A stretch of DNA of 64,000 nucleotides from Octopus sinensis (GCF_006345805.1 NC_042998.1:84382001-84446000), one strand, 5' to 3'. Positions 38,770 through 53,117 are shown, counted from the first letter of the stretch. Program-made: numbers and translations. The notes: a model not told the origin generated them from the sequence alone.

Positions 38770-39525
38770 TTCCAATTTTGGTACAAGGCCAGCAATTTTG
38801 GGGAAGGGAGCAAGTTGATTGCATTGACCTCCAGCGCTTAACTGTTACTTATTTTACTAACTCCAAAAGGATGAAAAGCAAAGTCGACCTTGGTAGAATT
38901 TGAACTCAGAATGTAATTAAATGAAATGCCACAAAACATTTTGCCTGGTGTGCTTACAATTCTGCCAACTCATTCATCATCATCATCGTTGTCATTTAAT
39001 GTCTGCTTTCCATGCTGGCATGGGTTGGACGGTTTGACTGAGGACTGGCAAGCCAGTTGGCTGTACCAGGCTCCAATTTGATCTGGCAAGGTTTCTACAG
39101 CTTGATGCCCTTCCTTACACCAACCACTCAGAGAATGTAGTGAGTGTATTTTACATGCCACTGGCATGAGGGCCAGTCAAGCAGTACTGGCATTGACCAT
39201 GCTTGAATGGTGCTTTTTACGTTCCACTGGCACAGGAGCCTGTCAGGCGGCAATGCCTTAATAATAGTAATAATAATAATAATAATAATAATGAGAAGAA
39301 GAAGAAGAAGAATCCTTTCAACTTGAGCTACAAGGCCTCAAATCTGTGGGGAGGGAACAAGTTGATTACATTGATCCCAGTGTTTCACTAGTACTTAATT
39401 CATCAACCCCCAAAGAGATGAAAGGTAAAGTCGACCTCGGCGGAATTTGAACTCAGAACATAGTGACAGACAAAATACTGCTAGGCATTTTGCCTGGTGT
39501 GCTAATGATTTTGCCAGCTCGCCAC
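38770..39525 (-). mobile_element. Cluster: SINE family C (38770-38970), RTE tail (38970-39260), SINE family C (39310-39525)
   Basis: Two aaaggtaaagtcgacc..gg..gaatttgaactcagaa cores flank a CAT-tailed module. Confidence 0.7.
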
Positions 39526-39538
39526 CTTAATAATAATA

Positions 39539-39579
<41 letters not shown>

Positions 39580-39581
<2 letters not shown>

Positions 39582-39740
39582 GTCCAAAGAATGGACCTTC
39601 ATCAACGTAGCTATTGTGAAAACAGGGAAAGAGAAAGTTGAAATACCAAGACTGGGCACTGGAAGTGAAACACCTCCATAGAGCCTCAAAAGTAAGTGTG
39701 ATAACCCTTGTGATCAGTGCACTTGGGACCATCTTAAAGA
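39580..39740 (+). mobile_element. R4/Dong-type endonuclease C-terminal fragment directly after (TAA)n
   Basis: KYQDWALEVKHLHRASKVSVITLVISALGTI. Confidence 0.6.
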
Positions 39741-41009
39741 GAGCAATATTCTGATATGAAAAGCAGCAAATACCAAATATGTTTTCCAATCTCCTGTTTT
39801 GATATGTAATTAATCTGCAAAAGATATTTTCCAGTATTTTTCCACTTGTATGCATACCTCACACAAATATAACATCTACATACAACTTTGGAGGATTGGA
39901 ATAAGTGGTTCAAGAGGACACAGCTACGATTATAACCCTGCCTACATTGTATATATGTATGTGTGAGTATATATATGTATGTATGTATATATATATATGT
40001 ATATATCATATCATCATTTTAATGTCCAGATTTCTTTGTTTGTATGGGTTAGATAGAATTCATGAAATGGATTTCCTATGGCCAAATACCCTTCCTGCCA
40101 ACAATCCTCACCTGTTTCCAAACAAGGTAATATTTTCCTATGGCTAAACACATTTCTCAAAGAAGACTGGAAGCAAATGACATTGACTGTATGATGGGGA
40201 TACTCATTAAGGACACTATTGGATGATACTAAGACAAAGGGGACCACACACACATGCGTATACACATGCATACATATATACAGCAGGCTTCTTTCAGTTC
40301 CTGTCTCCTAAATCTGCTTTAGGAGATTATATAGAAAAGAGATACCAGGGTTATATAGTAAAGAGATACTTGCCCAAGGTGCAATGTAGTGGGATAGAAC
40401 TAGAAACAATGTGGTTGAAAAACAAAGTTCTTAACTACACACCCACACTTGCACCTTTATATATCATCATCACCACCACCATCACCATCATCATTTAAAG
40501 TTCGTTTTCCATACTGGTATGAGTTGGTTGGTTTGACTGGAACTGGTAAGGCTGGGTGGGAGTTATACCAGACTTCATTGTCTTTTGCAGCATGGTTTCT
40601 GCAGCTGGATGCCCTTCATAAAACTAACCACTTTACAGAGTGTACCGGTTGCTTTTTACATGTCACCAGCACAGTCAGTGCTTTTTACTTGGAAGCAGTA
40701 CTTGTGCTTTTTATGTGGCACCATCAGCAATGCTCTTTACATGGCACTGGCATTAGCGCTTTTTTATGTGACATGATCCCAAGTGCTTTTTCATGACACC
40801 AGCACCAGTGCTTTTTATGTGACACTATCACCACTGTGAATGCATGTGTATAAATATACTCTCACACACATATTCTTCATCACAAAGCTTTTAAAGAATA
40901 GCAAAACCAAAAACAAAATAAAACAGCTAACAGAAACAACAGACAGACAGATAGATAGGTAGAGAGATAGATAGACAGGCAGAGAGATAGATAGATAGAC
41001 AGATAGATA

Positions 41010-44000
41010 TGTTTCTTTATTAGCCACACAGGAATGAACATAGAGGGGACAAATTACAAAGTAGAGCTTTTCTTTTTGGGGAGAAAAAAAGAAGGAAAGA
41101 AAACAGAGGGGGGAGGTTTTTGATCAAAAGGGATCGTAAAAAAGAAAAAAAATGAGAAAAAAACGATCAGTAGGAATTGTTTATCACAAAAATGTCATGA
41201 TGTAAAGTGTAAAGAGGGGGAAACAGATAAGGGTTATCTGTGGAAAGAAAAGCCTACAGAAAAGACCACAGTAACCTCAGTCAATAATGTCACATGTTAA
41301 CACATTTATTTACAAGTAAGTAACTCTCTGTTTTAAATTTTTCCGGTTTCATAGGATTATGCTCAAGGTGACTTCGTCATTCTTACGTGCCATCCTTGCT
41401 ACATTCACCCATCTTTTTTTGAAACATTCGCTAGACAAAACTTGCCTCTCTACTCTCACTTTCCTTTTCAAGTGATACTTGAAGAAGTTGATGAGAGATT
41501 GACCAGAGAGGAAAGTGTTTGTCTCTAATTCTTTCAGACACGTCCACCAGATACATTCTTTTGCCATAGCCACAAGTATGATGAAAATAGCTCTTCCCAT
41601 TTGAAGGAAGGAGGCGTGACGATATTGACGATAGACTTGGCTAATAAACCAACTCGTCCAACACATGACAGCAATCGTCCGACACAAGCCCACAGGTTGG
41701 AAATGGATGGATACTGCACGAGTGCATGCAGAATGGTTTCATCGCTCTGACCGTATCTCGGGCAGGTCGGCCCCGTGTTTCTCGAGCCGTTTCTGTAAAG
41801 CTTATCCTGAACAAGTAGCGCTTCTCAGTAGCACTGCCAGGCCAGGGATCTCTGGAAGTTGTCCATAGGTCCTGGCCCGAAAGTCATCTTGAACAGGCAA
41901 GTCAGGTATTCCTCGTCGACGCCCAGGTTTGCCCTGAGATTGTCATCGTACCTCCCTTCCACTAATCCCCTATAGAATGCTTTGGTTGTGTTGAAGTTGC
42001 TCAAGGTCAACCCGGGACAGCATAGTTGCTTGAGAGCAATACGACACTCGCGGTGCCATTCACCCTTCCTCGGCCTCGTTTTGATCCATGACTGCAGTTC
42101 GGTCATGAAGATGAGCTGCAGGAAAGCGTGCCTCACAAACGGCGACCACACCTGTTCACCGTCGTCTACATAGAGCTGGAGATGTCGCAGTCACAGCGCA
42201 TGTCTGCACATCATCAACCACGGCATGCCCAGCCCTCCTTTTAATGGGTGTCGACAGCAAATGGATCGCCTGACCATCGGGACACATCCTTTCCACAAGA
42301 AGTAGAAGATAATGCATTCTAGTTTGGTGACAGTAGGGTCAGGACAAGGCATGACGGTCAGGCAGTAGTAGATGATGGACGCGATGTGCGTGTTCACCAC
42401 CTCCGCCTGACCATTTAGGGACAGTTTCCTCTCGGCCCATTGCCGAGTGAGAGTGACCACCCTACTCATTATCTTGTTCCAGTTTTTCTCCATTTGGAGG
42501 TCCGGACCAAACCAGACCCCGAGCAACTCGACCGACTGTCGGTCCAGCTTCCCACGACGGAAGCGCTGGTGGATGGCATGAGCTTGCTTCTCCAGGTGCT
42601 GAGCCGCAAGCCCACTGACTTTTCTCAGTTGATTTTCGCTCCTGTTACCGCTTCGTAGTCATTCAGTGTCTCACCGACCAGTTCGATGTGCTCGTGGCTA
42701 GATACTATGACAGTGACGTCATCCATATATGCAGACACGCTTGTCCCACATCCTAATTCTCGCAGGATGCCCCTCAGAGTCGCAAGCTTCTGCAGTAGTG
42801 GCTCGAAAGTCAATATGTATAGAAGTGACAGACCGAACATGCAATGTCGAAAGGTCTCGATAGATGTCCATTTACGCGAATTACCAAACGGATGCCTCTG
42901 TACAAAGCAGCTATTCAGCCATGGAAGACGGGACCGAAACCAGCCGCTCTGAGGACAGCCACCGAGTAATGATGGTCTACCCTATTGAAAGCTTTTGATT
43001 GATCCAAATTGATCAGGGCCCTACCCATGCCAGGTTCTTTAACTGCCCTGTCTATGATGTAGCGCATCAGATGGAGGTTGTCATGGATGCTCTGGCCTGG
43101 CATGATGCATGTTTGCACCTTGTCGACCAGTTTCTTGATGACAAGCACCAACCTCTTGGCCAAAATTTTAAAGTCTGCATTAAGCAGAGTGATGGGCCTA
43201 AAGTTATCTATTATGTCCCCCTTGTTTGGATCTTTCTTCAGCAGTGTTATGGCTCCTCGGCTCACAAAACCGGGGATGCTCCCGTTTTGCTGCCAGTTGC
43301 AGGACACCGCTGCCAAGACATCTCCAAACAAGTCTGGCATACAACTATAAAGCTTGTAGGGTAGACCATCCAAACCCGGCGATTTGTCCCTCGAGCATTC
43401 TGCCATCACATCCCACACTTCTGCCACTATGATGGCACCTTTGCAGTGCCCTGCCTCTCTTGTCGAGAGTCGTGGCAGCTTGTGTAGGTAGGCACTGAAG
43501 TCCATCCTACGTTGTTGCCCGCCACTTGTCCCAAACAGTTGGGCAAAATGCTGTTGAAAGGCCTCACACATTTTACTTGGCTTGAGTAATTCGCGCCCCT
43601 GTTCATCTACCAGAGACAGAATGGTGGCTTTGTTGCCCTGTTGCACCTCTGCCACCCGGGCCTCTCATGCGACTCCAACACCTTCGTTCCTTAGAGCACA
43701 CATCCTAGCTCTGACAACACACGCTTCGTGTTTGATGTTGAAGTGTTGGTCAAGGGCCAACCTCGCCGCCAAAACGTCGGATGCGATGCCGCTTCTAATT
43801 GCCTCTTCTAGCTTCTTAACTAGCTCACCCTCTACTCTGTTTCTCTCTATGGCTAGTGCTTTGCTTTACCTAATAATCGCTTCTGCTTTTATGACTCTCT
43901 TGAGGGCAAACCACCATTTGTTGTTGATGATGGCTCCTGTCAAAGCCCTCTTTACTAGCGTGCTAATCCAGTCTCTGAAAACCTCTCTCGATGAGAAAGA

Positions 44001-44449
44001 CGCATTTAGTTTCCAGTACCTGGAACCCTGCCTATGTGTCTTACCTAAGTCTAGCATACATGTCACAAGTTTGTGATCCGTGTAGCTGACTATGTGGAAT
44101 TGTGGACACCCTACGCTATCTCAATCTACTGTCTTGCACAGTATCCTATCTAGATATGATCTTGACGACCCGATGTGGTTGCTCCATGTCCACGTTGACG
44201 CATTTGGGTGGTCGAGTCGGTACCTGTCAGACAGTTGAAAGTGTCTGAGCAGGTCTCTGAGGCACTTGCATCTCCGTCTATTCCTATCTCTGCCTATGTA
44301 TTCTACATGTGTGTCCAAGGTAGCATTCCAATCCCCCATTAAAAGTAAAGGACGAGACGTTCCTAGGAATACTTCTAGACGTCGAAAGAAATCCAGTCGA
44401 CTTGTTAAAAGCGCACCCATTGCTGCTGTCGACATCGAGGACGACCAAG
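41010..44449 (-). mobile_element. Tx1/L1-clade LINE (5'-truncated ORF2: APE endonuclease plus RT), frameshifted
   Basis: LLLMGDWNATLD, TWTWSN..SRSYLDRIL, KSPGLDGLP, FRPITLLNADFKILAK, LDQSKAFNRVDH, SAYMDDVT; 3' end aataaagaaac. Confidence 0.9.
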
Positions 44450-44646
44450 ATAGATAGATAGGTAGGTAGGTAGGTACCTAGTTAGTTAGTTAGTTAGTTA
44501 ATTAGGTAGGTAGGTAGTTAGGTAGGTAGGTAGGTAGGTAGGTAGATAGGTAGGTAGAGAGATAGGTAGGTAGGTAGGTAGTTAGGTAGGTAGGTAGGTA
44601 GAGATAGGTAGGTAGGTAGATAAAGAGACAGAGATAGGTATGTAGG

Positions 44647-44677
<31 letters not shown>

Positions 44678-44700
44678 TTAGAAATATAGGTAGGTAAATA
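44450..44700. repeat. (GATA)n/(GGTA)n tetranucleotide array; a matching GATA array lies at 40940-41010
   Basis: Direct reading; the two arrays flank the Tx1 element. Confidence 0.9.
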
Positions 44701-46044
44701 GATATAAACTGACAAACAAACAGATAGAGAGTGAGAAAGAGAGATAAAATAGGTGTGAGAGGGATGTAAGATGAAAAGAAAAAAAAGGTGGCTAGAGTAA
44801 GTATGAGATGAGTGTCGATGAGTAAATAACAGCAAATTAATTTGTTTCACCATGCAAAACTTATGTAACATCAGCTAACATTGCCTAAAAGCATCAACAG
44901 CAGAAGGTAGAATTTGAAACTTTGCCAAAGCTGAAACAAAATAGATAAATATGATAAAATATATAAATTCACTGTATGAAAAAAAATAACAAAGTTAATA
45001 AAAATATACATGTAAATATAGATAAATTTTAGTGCATGTGTGTGTGTGAGAGAAGGAGAGAGACGGAGGGGGAGAGAAGGAGAGAGGGTGTTGTGTGTGT
45101 GTGTGCAGGCATGCACATGGAAGAGAACAAGGGACTAAGCAAAGAAATGAGTGCATGGTCGTGTGTGCATGTGTTATCTGAATGACTGTGTGTGTGTGTG
45201 TATGTATGTGTGTGAGTGTGTGTGTGCACGTGTGTGAGTACTATCTACACTTGGGTATGAGAAAAGGATTGAGTAAAGAAGTGTGTGTGTGTATTAGAGA
45301 GAGAGAGAGTGTGTGTGTGTGTGTGTGAGTGGAAAGTGATCAAAAGAGGCTGAGTAGAAAAAGCAAGCTCCACTTTTAAAAGTATTTTTATCACTACTAC
45401 TACTACTACTACTGCTGCTCAAGATTATTGTTGTCATCAACATCACTTTCCCAATGACATCATCATCGTCATCACTATCATTTTCTCCTCTTCCTCTTCC
45501 TCCTCCTCTTCTTCCTTCTCTTCCTCCTCTTCCTCCATGGCTGTCTAGATCAGACCAATGCTTCTCAATCCATTTAACTGTATAACACACTAGATTTTTT
45601 TTAAATATATATATAAGTTATCTTTTAGTGAAGCTTATGACCATTCGCAGAGTTTCTAAGGTTAGTGCTGGGGAGGGAAAGGGAAAGGTATGTTCAAACT
45701 GGAAACTTGGTTCCAAATGCTCTGCGAAAGGCATCCAAGGAGCCAGGTAACGGTGTTAAACTGGGCGATGAATTAAGTCTCCCACTCAAGTTGGTAAGCT
45801 ATGGAAAGATTTGAACTCAAAACACAAAGAGCCAGAGTAAACACCACAAGGTATCTGGTCTGACATTTTTGCAGTTTAACTAATCCATTTCCCTGTTTTT
45901 AATTGACCCTGAAAGGAGGAAAGGAGATGTTAGTCATGGAGATCAAGTAAAAAGAAAAATCATTGGTACACTTTGCTTGGAAGCTTATAAAAAAATCCTA
46001 TGTTTTAAAGTTTAAAATTTTTAAATAATATGAAGAAGCTGGTG

Positions 46045-46470
46045 ATAGGCACAGATGTGGCTGTGTCATAAGAAGCTTGCTCCTGGACCACATAGTTCCA
46101 GGTTCAGTCCCACTGCATGGCACCTTGGGCAAGTGTCTTCTACTATACTCTTGGGCAGTAGTAGATTTGGTAGATGGAAACTGAAAGATGCCTGTCTTAT
46201 ATGTGTGTGTCTTTGTGTGTCTTTGTGTTTGTGTGTCTTTGTGTTTGTGTTTGTCCCTCTCTGTCACTTGGTAACCAGTATTGGTACATTTATGTCCCAT
46301 AACTTATCAGTTCAGCAAACGAGATTGATAGATTAAGTACCAGGCTTCAAAAAAAAAAATGAAATGAGTACTGGGGTCAATTCATTCGACAAAAAGCTCT
46401 TCAAAGAGGTGCACCAGCATGGCCACAGTCTAATGACTTGAAACAAGTAAATGATAAAAAAAAATAAAAG
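46045..46470 (+). mobile_element. tRNA-derived SINE (family A), near full length, CpG-decayed
   Basis: Head gtggctgtgtcataagaagcttgc, B-box ggttcagtccc, tail ccagcatggccacagtctaatgac..aaacaagtaaa. Confidence 0.75.
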
Positions 46471-46584
46471 ATAGAAATCATGTAAAAATAACTGAAACAC
46501 TTTGCAAAAGAAAGCTTAAAAGCAAAATCCTGTTTTGAAGTTTGAAATTCTAAAAATATATAGCAAAGCTATTGCTGAGACCAG

Positions 46585-46830
46585 GAAACTGCTAATCCTA
46601 TTAGAGTACTACTTGTATATCTGGGACAGAAGTGCTACTACACACATATATAAGAGAACTATTCATGTATTTGGGCCAAGAGAGTTACCATGCCATTAGA
46701 GTACTGTTGAAATATCTAGGACAAGAAAACTGCTAACCTCCATTAGAGTACTGTTCACATATCTGGAAGAAGAAAGGTATCAGGTCCCACTTTAGAGAAA
46801 TGCACATATATCTGGGACATGGGATTTGCT
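46585..46830. repeat. Degenerate ~47-bp minisatellite, about 5 units
   Basis: Recurrent attagagtact...atatct.ggac. Confidence 0.6.
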
Positions 46831-46889
46831 TCACCCCACAGTAGAAGCTACTAAATGCAAAGGAGCTTCTATATGTACAAACATTTTAA

Positions 46890-46937
<48 letters not shown>

Positions 46938-47860
46938 TTTCAATGTCCATTGTCCATGCTGGCATGGGTTGGATGGTTTGACCAGAGTTGGCAAGCTGAG
47001 GAGCTGCACCAGACTTCAGTCTGATTTGTCATGGCTTCTACAGCTGATGCCCTTCCTAATGCCAACCACTCCAAGAGTGTAATGGGTGCTTTTATTTTCC
47101 ACTGGCACAGGTGCCAGTTGCATGGTACAATATCTGCCATGACTATGATTTCACTTGGTTTGAAGGGTCTTCTTCTCAAGCATAACATATTGCCAAAGGT
47201 CTCAGTCATTTGTCATTGCCTCCTTGAGGCCCAGTGCTTGAAAGGAGCTTTTTACATGCCACTAGAACAGGTGCTAGTTATGAGACACTGGCATTGGCTA
47301 AATTTCCACTGTGAGGCCCAACACTTGAAAGGTGCTTTTTATGTGCCACTGACACAGGTGCCAGTTACATGATGCTAGCATCAGCCATGACTGTGATTTC
47401 ACTTGCCTTGATGGATCTTCTCAAGTACAACATTTCACCAAAGGTCTTGGTCACCTCTGTGAGATCCAGCATTTGAAGATCATGCATACCAAATCTGATG
47501 CTTCTTATGCTCAGCTTTTCTCTCAAGATGCTTATGCTCTGTTGTACATACACACTGACATTGCACATCCACCAAAGCATGCTAGCTTCATTTCTTTCAA
47601 GCCTACACGTCCTTGGTAGTCACAACCCATGTTTCACTACCATGTAGCATAGCAGTTCACACACAGGCATCATACAGTCTGCCTTTCACTCTGAGGGAGA
47701 GGCCCTTTGTTGCCAACAGAGATAGGAGCTCTCTGATCTTTGCCCAGCCTATTCTTATTCTCACAGCTATGCTCTCAGAGCATCCACCTCCACTACTGAC
47801 TTGGTCACCTAGATAATGGAAGCTATCAACTACCCTTAGCTTACCCACCTGGCAGTTGAT
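46890..47860 (-). mobile_element. RTE LINE 3' fragment with CAT tail
   Basis: VVDSFHYLGDQVSSGGGCSESIAVRIRIGWAKIRELLSLLATKGLSLRVKGRLYDACV. Confidence 0.8.
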
Positions 47861-48532
47861 GGAATCTATTTTCTGTATATTTTTAGTGTTTAGTGTACCT
47901 GTGCACCTTCCTCACACAAAGACTATTTTCTTAGTTAATCTTCGTCTGGTATTGCTCCACCTCTTATGTGTCCATAGCTTGCACCAGGTACATCTTATGG
48001 AGTTTCGACAGATCAAGTAGGGTAATCTACCTTAAGGGATTTGTGATTTGTCTGCTTTCCTACTTACTAAAACTACGTATCACTATATGTCTGATAAACA
48101 ATACTTCGCTTACTGTCACAACAAGCGTGAACCTCTATGTGCAGGAAAAAGCAGTCAAATATCCTTCAAATGATACCCTGTTATCATCTTCAAATAAACG
48201 GAAAAAAAAGGAAAAGTAAGGACACATGAGATAAAAATGTTAAAATGTCCTTGGTTGGAATGTCTTTGAGAATATGTTTTCTCAATCAGGATTGTCCAGG
48301 GGCCAAATAATAGCAACAGCAACATGTATCTACAAGGAGTACAATGGGGAGGCTGAGGTCAATGACCTTGTGTTATTTTTCCTAGATGCCCTAAAAAGAC
48401 ATACATACAAATAATGTTTGGCTCTGTATAAGTCTGACAGTCTGACAAACTCATGTCATTTGAATGGTCAGAAAAAATCTTACACACATCTTCAAAGAAT
48501 TCAGCTTAACTATGACTGTTGCTACTAATTAA

Positions 48533-48735
48533 CCCTTTAGCATTTAAACCAACCATATCCAGCCCAAATATTTTACCTGTTTTCCTTTCAAACTGCCCAG
48601 ATTTGGCCTCATCATACTAAAAAATATACAATCACATCGTCAAAATTTCACAGCTATGAGATAATGTTTGATTAATTCAAAACAATGTAATTAAATAAAC
48701 ATTACATTTGGCAGAATAATTTGAATGCTAAAGGG
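48533..48735. mobile_element. piggyBac-like MITE
   Basis: TTAA|ccctttagcatt ... aatgctaaaggg|TTAA. Confidence 0.8.
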
Positions 48736-48744
48736 TTAAACAAA

Positions 48745-49010
48745 GAGCAACTTCCTGGATGTAACCCAAGACATCAGGATAGGCAAGTACTACCCTTCTA
48801 GAAAGCCCAACAAGGAAATTGTTTATATTCATAAACACTCCACCCCTAAACCAGTTGTGTTTAGAAACTGTAATTTGAAACCTAATTATTGTAATTAGAA
48901 ACCGAATTATTGACATTAACAGAAGAATCTCAAATCTATCAATGGACAGAAAAACCTTTGACAGAATTGCACCAGACTTTAACAAAGTATGGAACATTCT
49001 TAACAAGGCC
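48745..49010 (+). mobile_element. Penelope-like RT C-terminal fragment
   Basis: NFLDVTQDIRIGKYYPSRKPNKEIVYIHKHS...INRRISNLSMDRKTFDRIAPDF (PLE-type FLD..Y.KP motif). Confidence 0.6.
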
Positions 49011-49856
49011 ATTCCTTACTTGCAATTCCAATTCTTCCTCTATGAGAAACTGCACATACACTACTAACCTGCAGTATCCATCAATAGGGAAAATAGTGGA
49101 TCTTTTTGTTGCTACCAGAGGTATACCCTATTAATGAACTTCAAGGTTTTGGTTACTGACATCCTAAATATACCACTCCAGGCTTAGCTGATCCACACAT
49201 ATACTGGCAGAGTATACTGCTGCCCATAAAGATAACCTGATAATGTCATATTTATCCCCACTTAAACATGGATGTTCTATTAGAAGCAATTTCACTGCAG
49301 TAGTTGCCATGAGATAAACTAATGTCAGTCACTGAACTGGTTTATAATGTCACCATTGAATCAGCTATCTCCACATCCATCACAATAACTGTCATCACTA
49401 AAGTACCACACCCTACAGAGCAATGACTTAAATGACATCTTGCCTTCCTTACCATGTGTGATATCCATTATAAAGAACTGGTGTCACTGAATGTCAACAA
49501 AGTATGTCAACACCCTGTCAGCACCATGTTGATCTAACAAAAATAAAAAATAACTGATGCTGCTGTGATAGCAAAAGCACCACCATGTGATATGGACTGA
49601 CCAATAGAAACATAGATATGAAGATGCCATTTTAAATTTCCTTCAAATTCTTTTCATTCTGTCTTTGATGAGGTAGATGTGATCCCTGTCCTCGGAACTA
49701 TAATGTGGAACTGAATTAAACTATTATTAAAAACATTTAACTCCAACCAAAATATGTCGAGTGCTACCTTATTTCACTTATTCACTCACTTGTATACACA
49801 CATATCTATCTGTCTGTCTGTCTATATTTCTATATACATATATATGTATGTATGCA

Positions 49857-49904
<48 letters not shown>

Positions 49905-49907
49905 ATA

Positions 49908-50113
49908 TAAAGTTAATCCAAACAAGAAAGCACAAAAAAACACAATGCGAGGACGTGGAACAAGTATAGTATTATTGAACGCTCAGGAAAGAAGGAAAGA
50001 AGGAGGGTTTAATGTTTCGAGCGGAGCTCTTCGTCGGAAACATAGGAGAAGGAAAGATCCAGAGAAGAGAAGACAGAGGAAAAAAAAAATCGCCAACGGT
50101 ACACACGCGGTCA
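49908..50113 (-). mobile_element. ~205-bp PLE-like non-autonomous element in (TA)n with a decayed hammerhead (50007-50041)
   Basis: Homologous to 56459-56667; hammerhead ACGUC is mutated to ACAUU. Confidence 0.65.
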
Positions 50114-50139
50114 CATATATATATATGGCAAAAAAGGTC

Positions 50140-51830
50140 TTGCATAACACAATAGAAGACATATATGAATTGGGTGGAGGAAGCTCAGAGAGCTATTACC
50201 TCTGTTGGCAACAAAAGGACTTCCTCTCAGAGTGAAAGGTAGACTATATGATGTTTGTGTATGAACAACTATATGCCATGGTAGTGAGACATGGGCTCTG
50301 AATGCAGAAGACATGTGTAGACTGGAGAGAAGCAAAGGTAGTATGTTCCGTTGGATCTGGAACATCAGTGCACATGTACGGCAAAAGTGCAGATGTATTG
50401 AGAGAAAAGTTGGGCATAAGAGGATTCAAATGTGTCATGCAAGAGAGAAGACTATGTTGGTTTGAACAAGTGATACATATGAATGAGGACAGCTGCATAA
50501 AGAAGTGCTGATCACTGAAAGTGGATGGTACCCATAGAAGAGGGCGATCCAAGAAGACATGGGGTGAAGTGGTAAGGACCTGTCTCAGGAAGTTGGGCCT
50601 CACAGAGGAATGACAATGGACCAAGATGTCTGATGATATGAAGTTATTGAGAAGACCTGCCCACATCAGTGAAACTGAGTTCTAGAAGCGCTGTGTGTCC
50701 CACCCACACTTAACAAGAAAACTTCTCACACACTCTACCGCAACAAACCAAACTACATCTCTACATCCCTTCTCTTTCTCACATTTCTTCTTTATGTACT
50801 TTAATTACCTCCCACTCCTCAATTCTATTCTTTTGGCTCTGTACCACTGTAACATTGCTCTCCACTTGCCCCCAACCTATGTCTTCTACTCACATGCCCT
50901 GTCTCACTCTGCTATCTATCTGCTAGCCCCCAATCTGTGTATTCCACCCACACATAACTCCTTCATACACTATGCCTAGCCCTTACTCCCCAATCCTATC
51001 CTCACACCCTTGTTCCTCTGTATTATTGCTATCTGGTACCCCCCCCCAACTCTATACATACCCAGGTCTTTTGCCACTTACTCGCACTCTTTAATCACAT
51101 TCCCTCGCAAAATCCTACCACTTATATTATGGCATTTGAACCTCAAGGGTTGCCCTGGCACCTGCCACCATCTGTATCTCTCTCTTCCTTTACTCAACTA
51201 TCCCATTTATATTCTCATCCTCATTCCTTGTGAGTATACCCAGCATTTTGCCACCATCTCTATCCTGCTGTCTCCCACTCTCTCCTCTTCTCCTGCACTT
51301 CCCTCAGGTTGGGTAACCATGTATTTCCTTTGAAGTAGCACACCTCTTTTTGTCTTCATTCCTGATCTTTCTCTATCCCTGGCTGGGTAACCGTGTACCT
51401 CTTCTACAGCAAGACACCTGTTTCTGTCTCTCTGTCTCACTATAACCTTTTCATCATCCAACACAAGATCACCTCCTCCAATGCCTCCTCTCCTCTTGAA
51501 AGTTTTTTCTTTTTTTTGTCTTGCAAGTACTTGGTGACTGTGTCAGTGCAGGTGCCACTTAAAAGCATCCAGTCTCAACTGTAAAGTGGTTAGTGTTTAG
51601 AAGGGCATCCAGCTGTAAAAACCTTGCCAAAACTGACCTCACCTGTGCTTGTGCCACGTAAAAAGCACTTAGTCCACTCAGTTGAGTGGTTGGTGTAAGG
51701 AAGAGCATCCAGCTGTAAAAATCCTGCCAAAAAAGTCACAGAAGTCTGGTTCAGGCTTCGGTTGAGCTGGCTCTTGTGAAATCGTCCTACCCATACTAGC
51801 ATGGAAGGCAAACATTAAACAATGATGATG
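50140..51830 (+). mobile_element. RTE LINE 3' portion (ORF2 end, long UTR, terminal module)
   Basis: LREKLGIRGFKCVMQERRLCWFEQVIHMNEDSCIKKC; UTR homologous to 3480-4350. Confidence 0.8.
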
Positions 51831-52922
51831 AAGATGATAATTCCTTGTAAGATTTTATATCTGGATTTGCATTTAAAATATTTCTCATATTATAAATCTC
51901 AGACAGAAAATATAAAATTAATTAATTCATCTCCAATCCTTTGCAATCTATTTTTACCACACAAATTTTCTTGGGATTCTCTTTCAATGTTAGAAAATAC
52001 AACAGCAAATAATCAAAATATGGCAAACAAAACTTTGAAAGCATAAATTAATGTAGAAATAGCACACACACACATCTGTGTCATAGTTAACATCATCATC
52101 ATTCTCATCATCAACATTTAATGTCTGTTTTCTATGCTGGCATGAGTTGGCTGGTTCAACAGGAACTGATGAGCTGCAGGACTGCATTGAGCTACAATGT
52201 CAGATTTAGCAATGTTTCTAAAGCTGGATGCTCTTCTTAATGCCAACCAATTTACTGAGTGTATATAGGGTGCTTTTTTATGTGCCACTAACATCAGTGA
52301 AGTTACCACATAATGTAGCAGACAAAAATAGAAAATGAAAAAGAACCCTCTACTGAGTGCATGAAGGAGTATATTTGAGAGAGGGGGAGGGGGATTCATG
52401 CCAGGTGTTGAGGAGTTAAAGTATGACATCAGGACAGGTATAGATGTCTTGCTGTAGAAGAAATACATGGCCACCTCAGACTATTTAAAGGTAGGTGTAG
52501 TTGGAAAGAAGATGACAAAGTGTCAGAGTGAACTCTTAAGGTAAAAGAAAGTGTGTGTAAATGAGAGAATGTGTACTCTGAATAGAAAAGTAGAAGGAGA
52601 GAGGATAATTTCATAAGAGTGTGAAAAGAGAGAAACAAATGATTAGAGATGAGGGTAGAGGTGAATATAGTGAGTGAACAAGGGAGGTGGTAAAGTTGGT
52701 GAGAAATATCAGTCTGGAGGTGGGTAAGGTGAGAAAGAAAGATAGAAGTGGCTCTTTATACACACACACACACACAATTCAAAGAAAACTGGAAATATGA
52801 TATGCTTTAAATTCCGTGTTACACATGTTTCATTACAGGGTAGAAATTACAAAGGAATACATGTAGAAAAAATGTATAGAATCTCCAATCCTTAATTCTT
52901 AAAAGATTAAAAATAATATGCA

Positions 52923-52959
<37 letters not shown>

Positions 52960-53117
52960 GATGTATGTATGTATGTGTATATGAAAAATATATAATCATT
53001 ACTATTTAACACATGTTTTCTCTGCTGGCATGGGATATGTGTGTGTGTGTATAGGAGAATTTGTTTTGGGGGTTTGAAAATGCACCTGAATTTGGAAGAC
53101 ACGTAGTTGTTTTTAAC

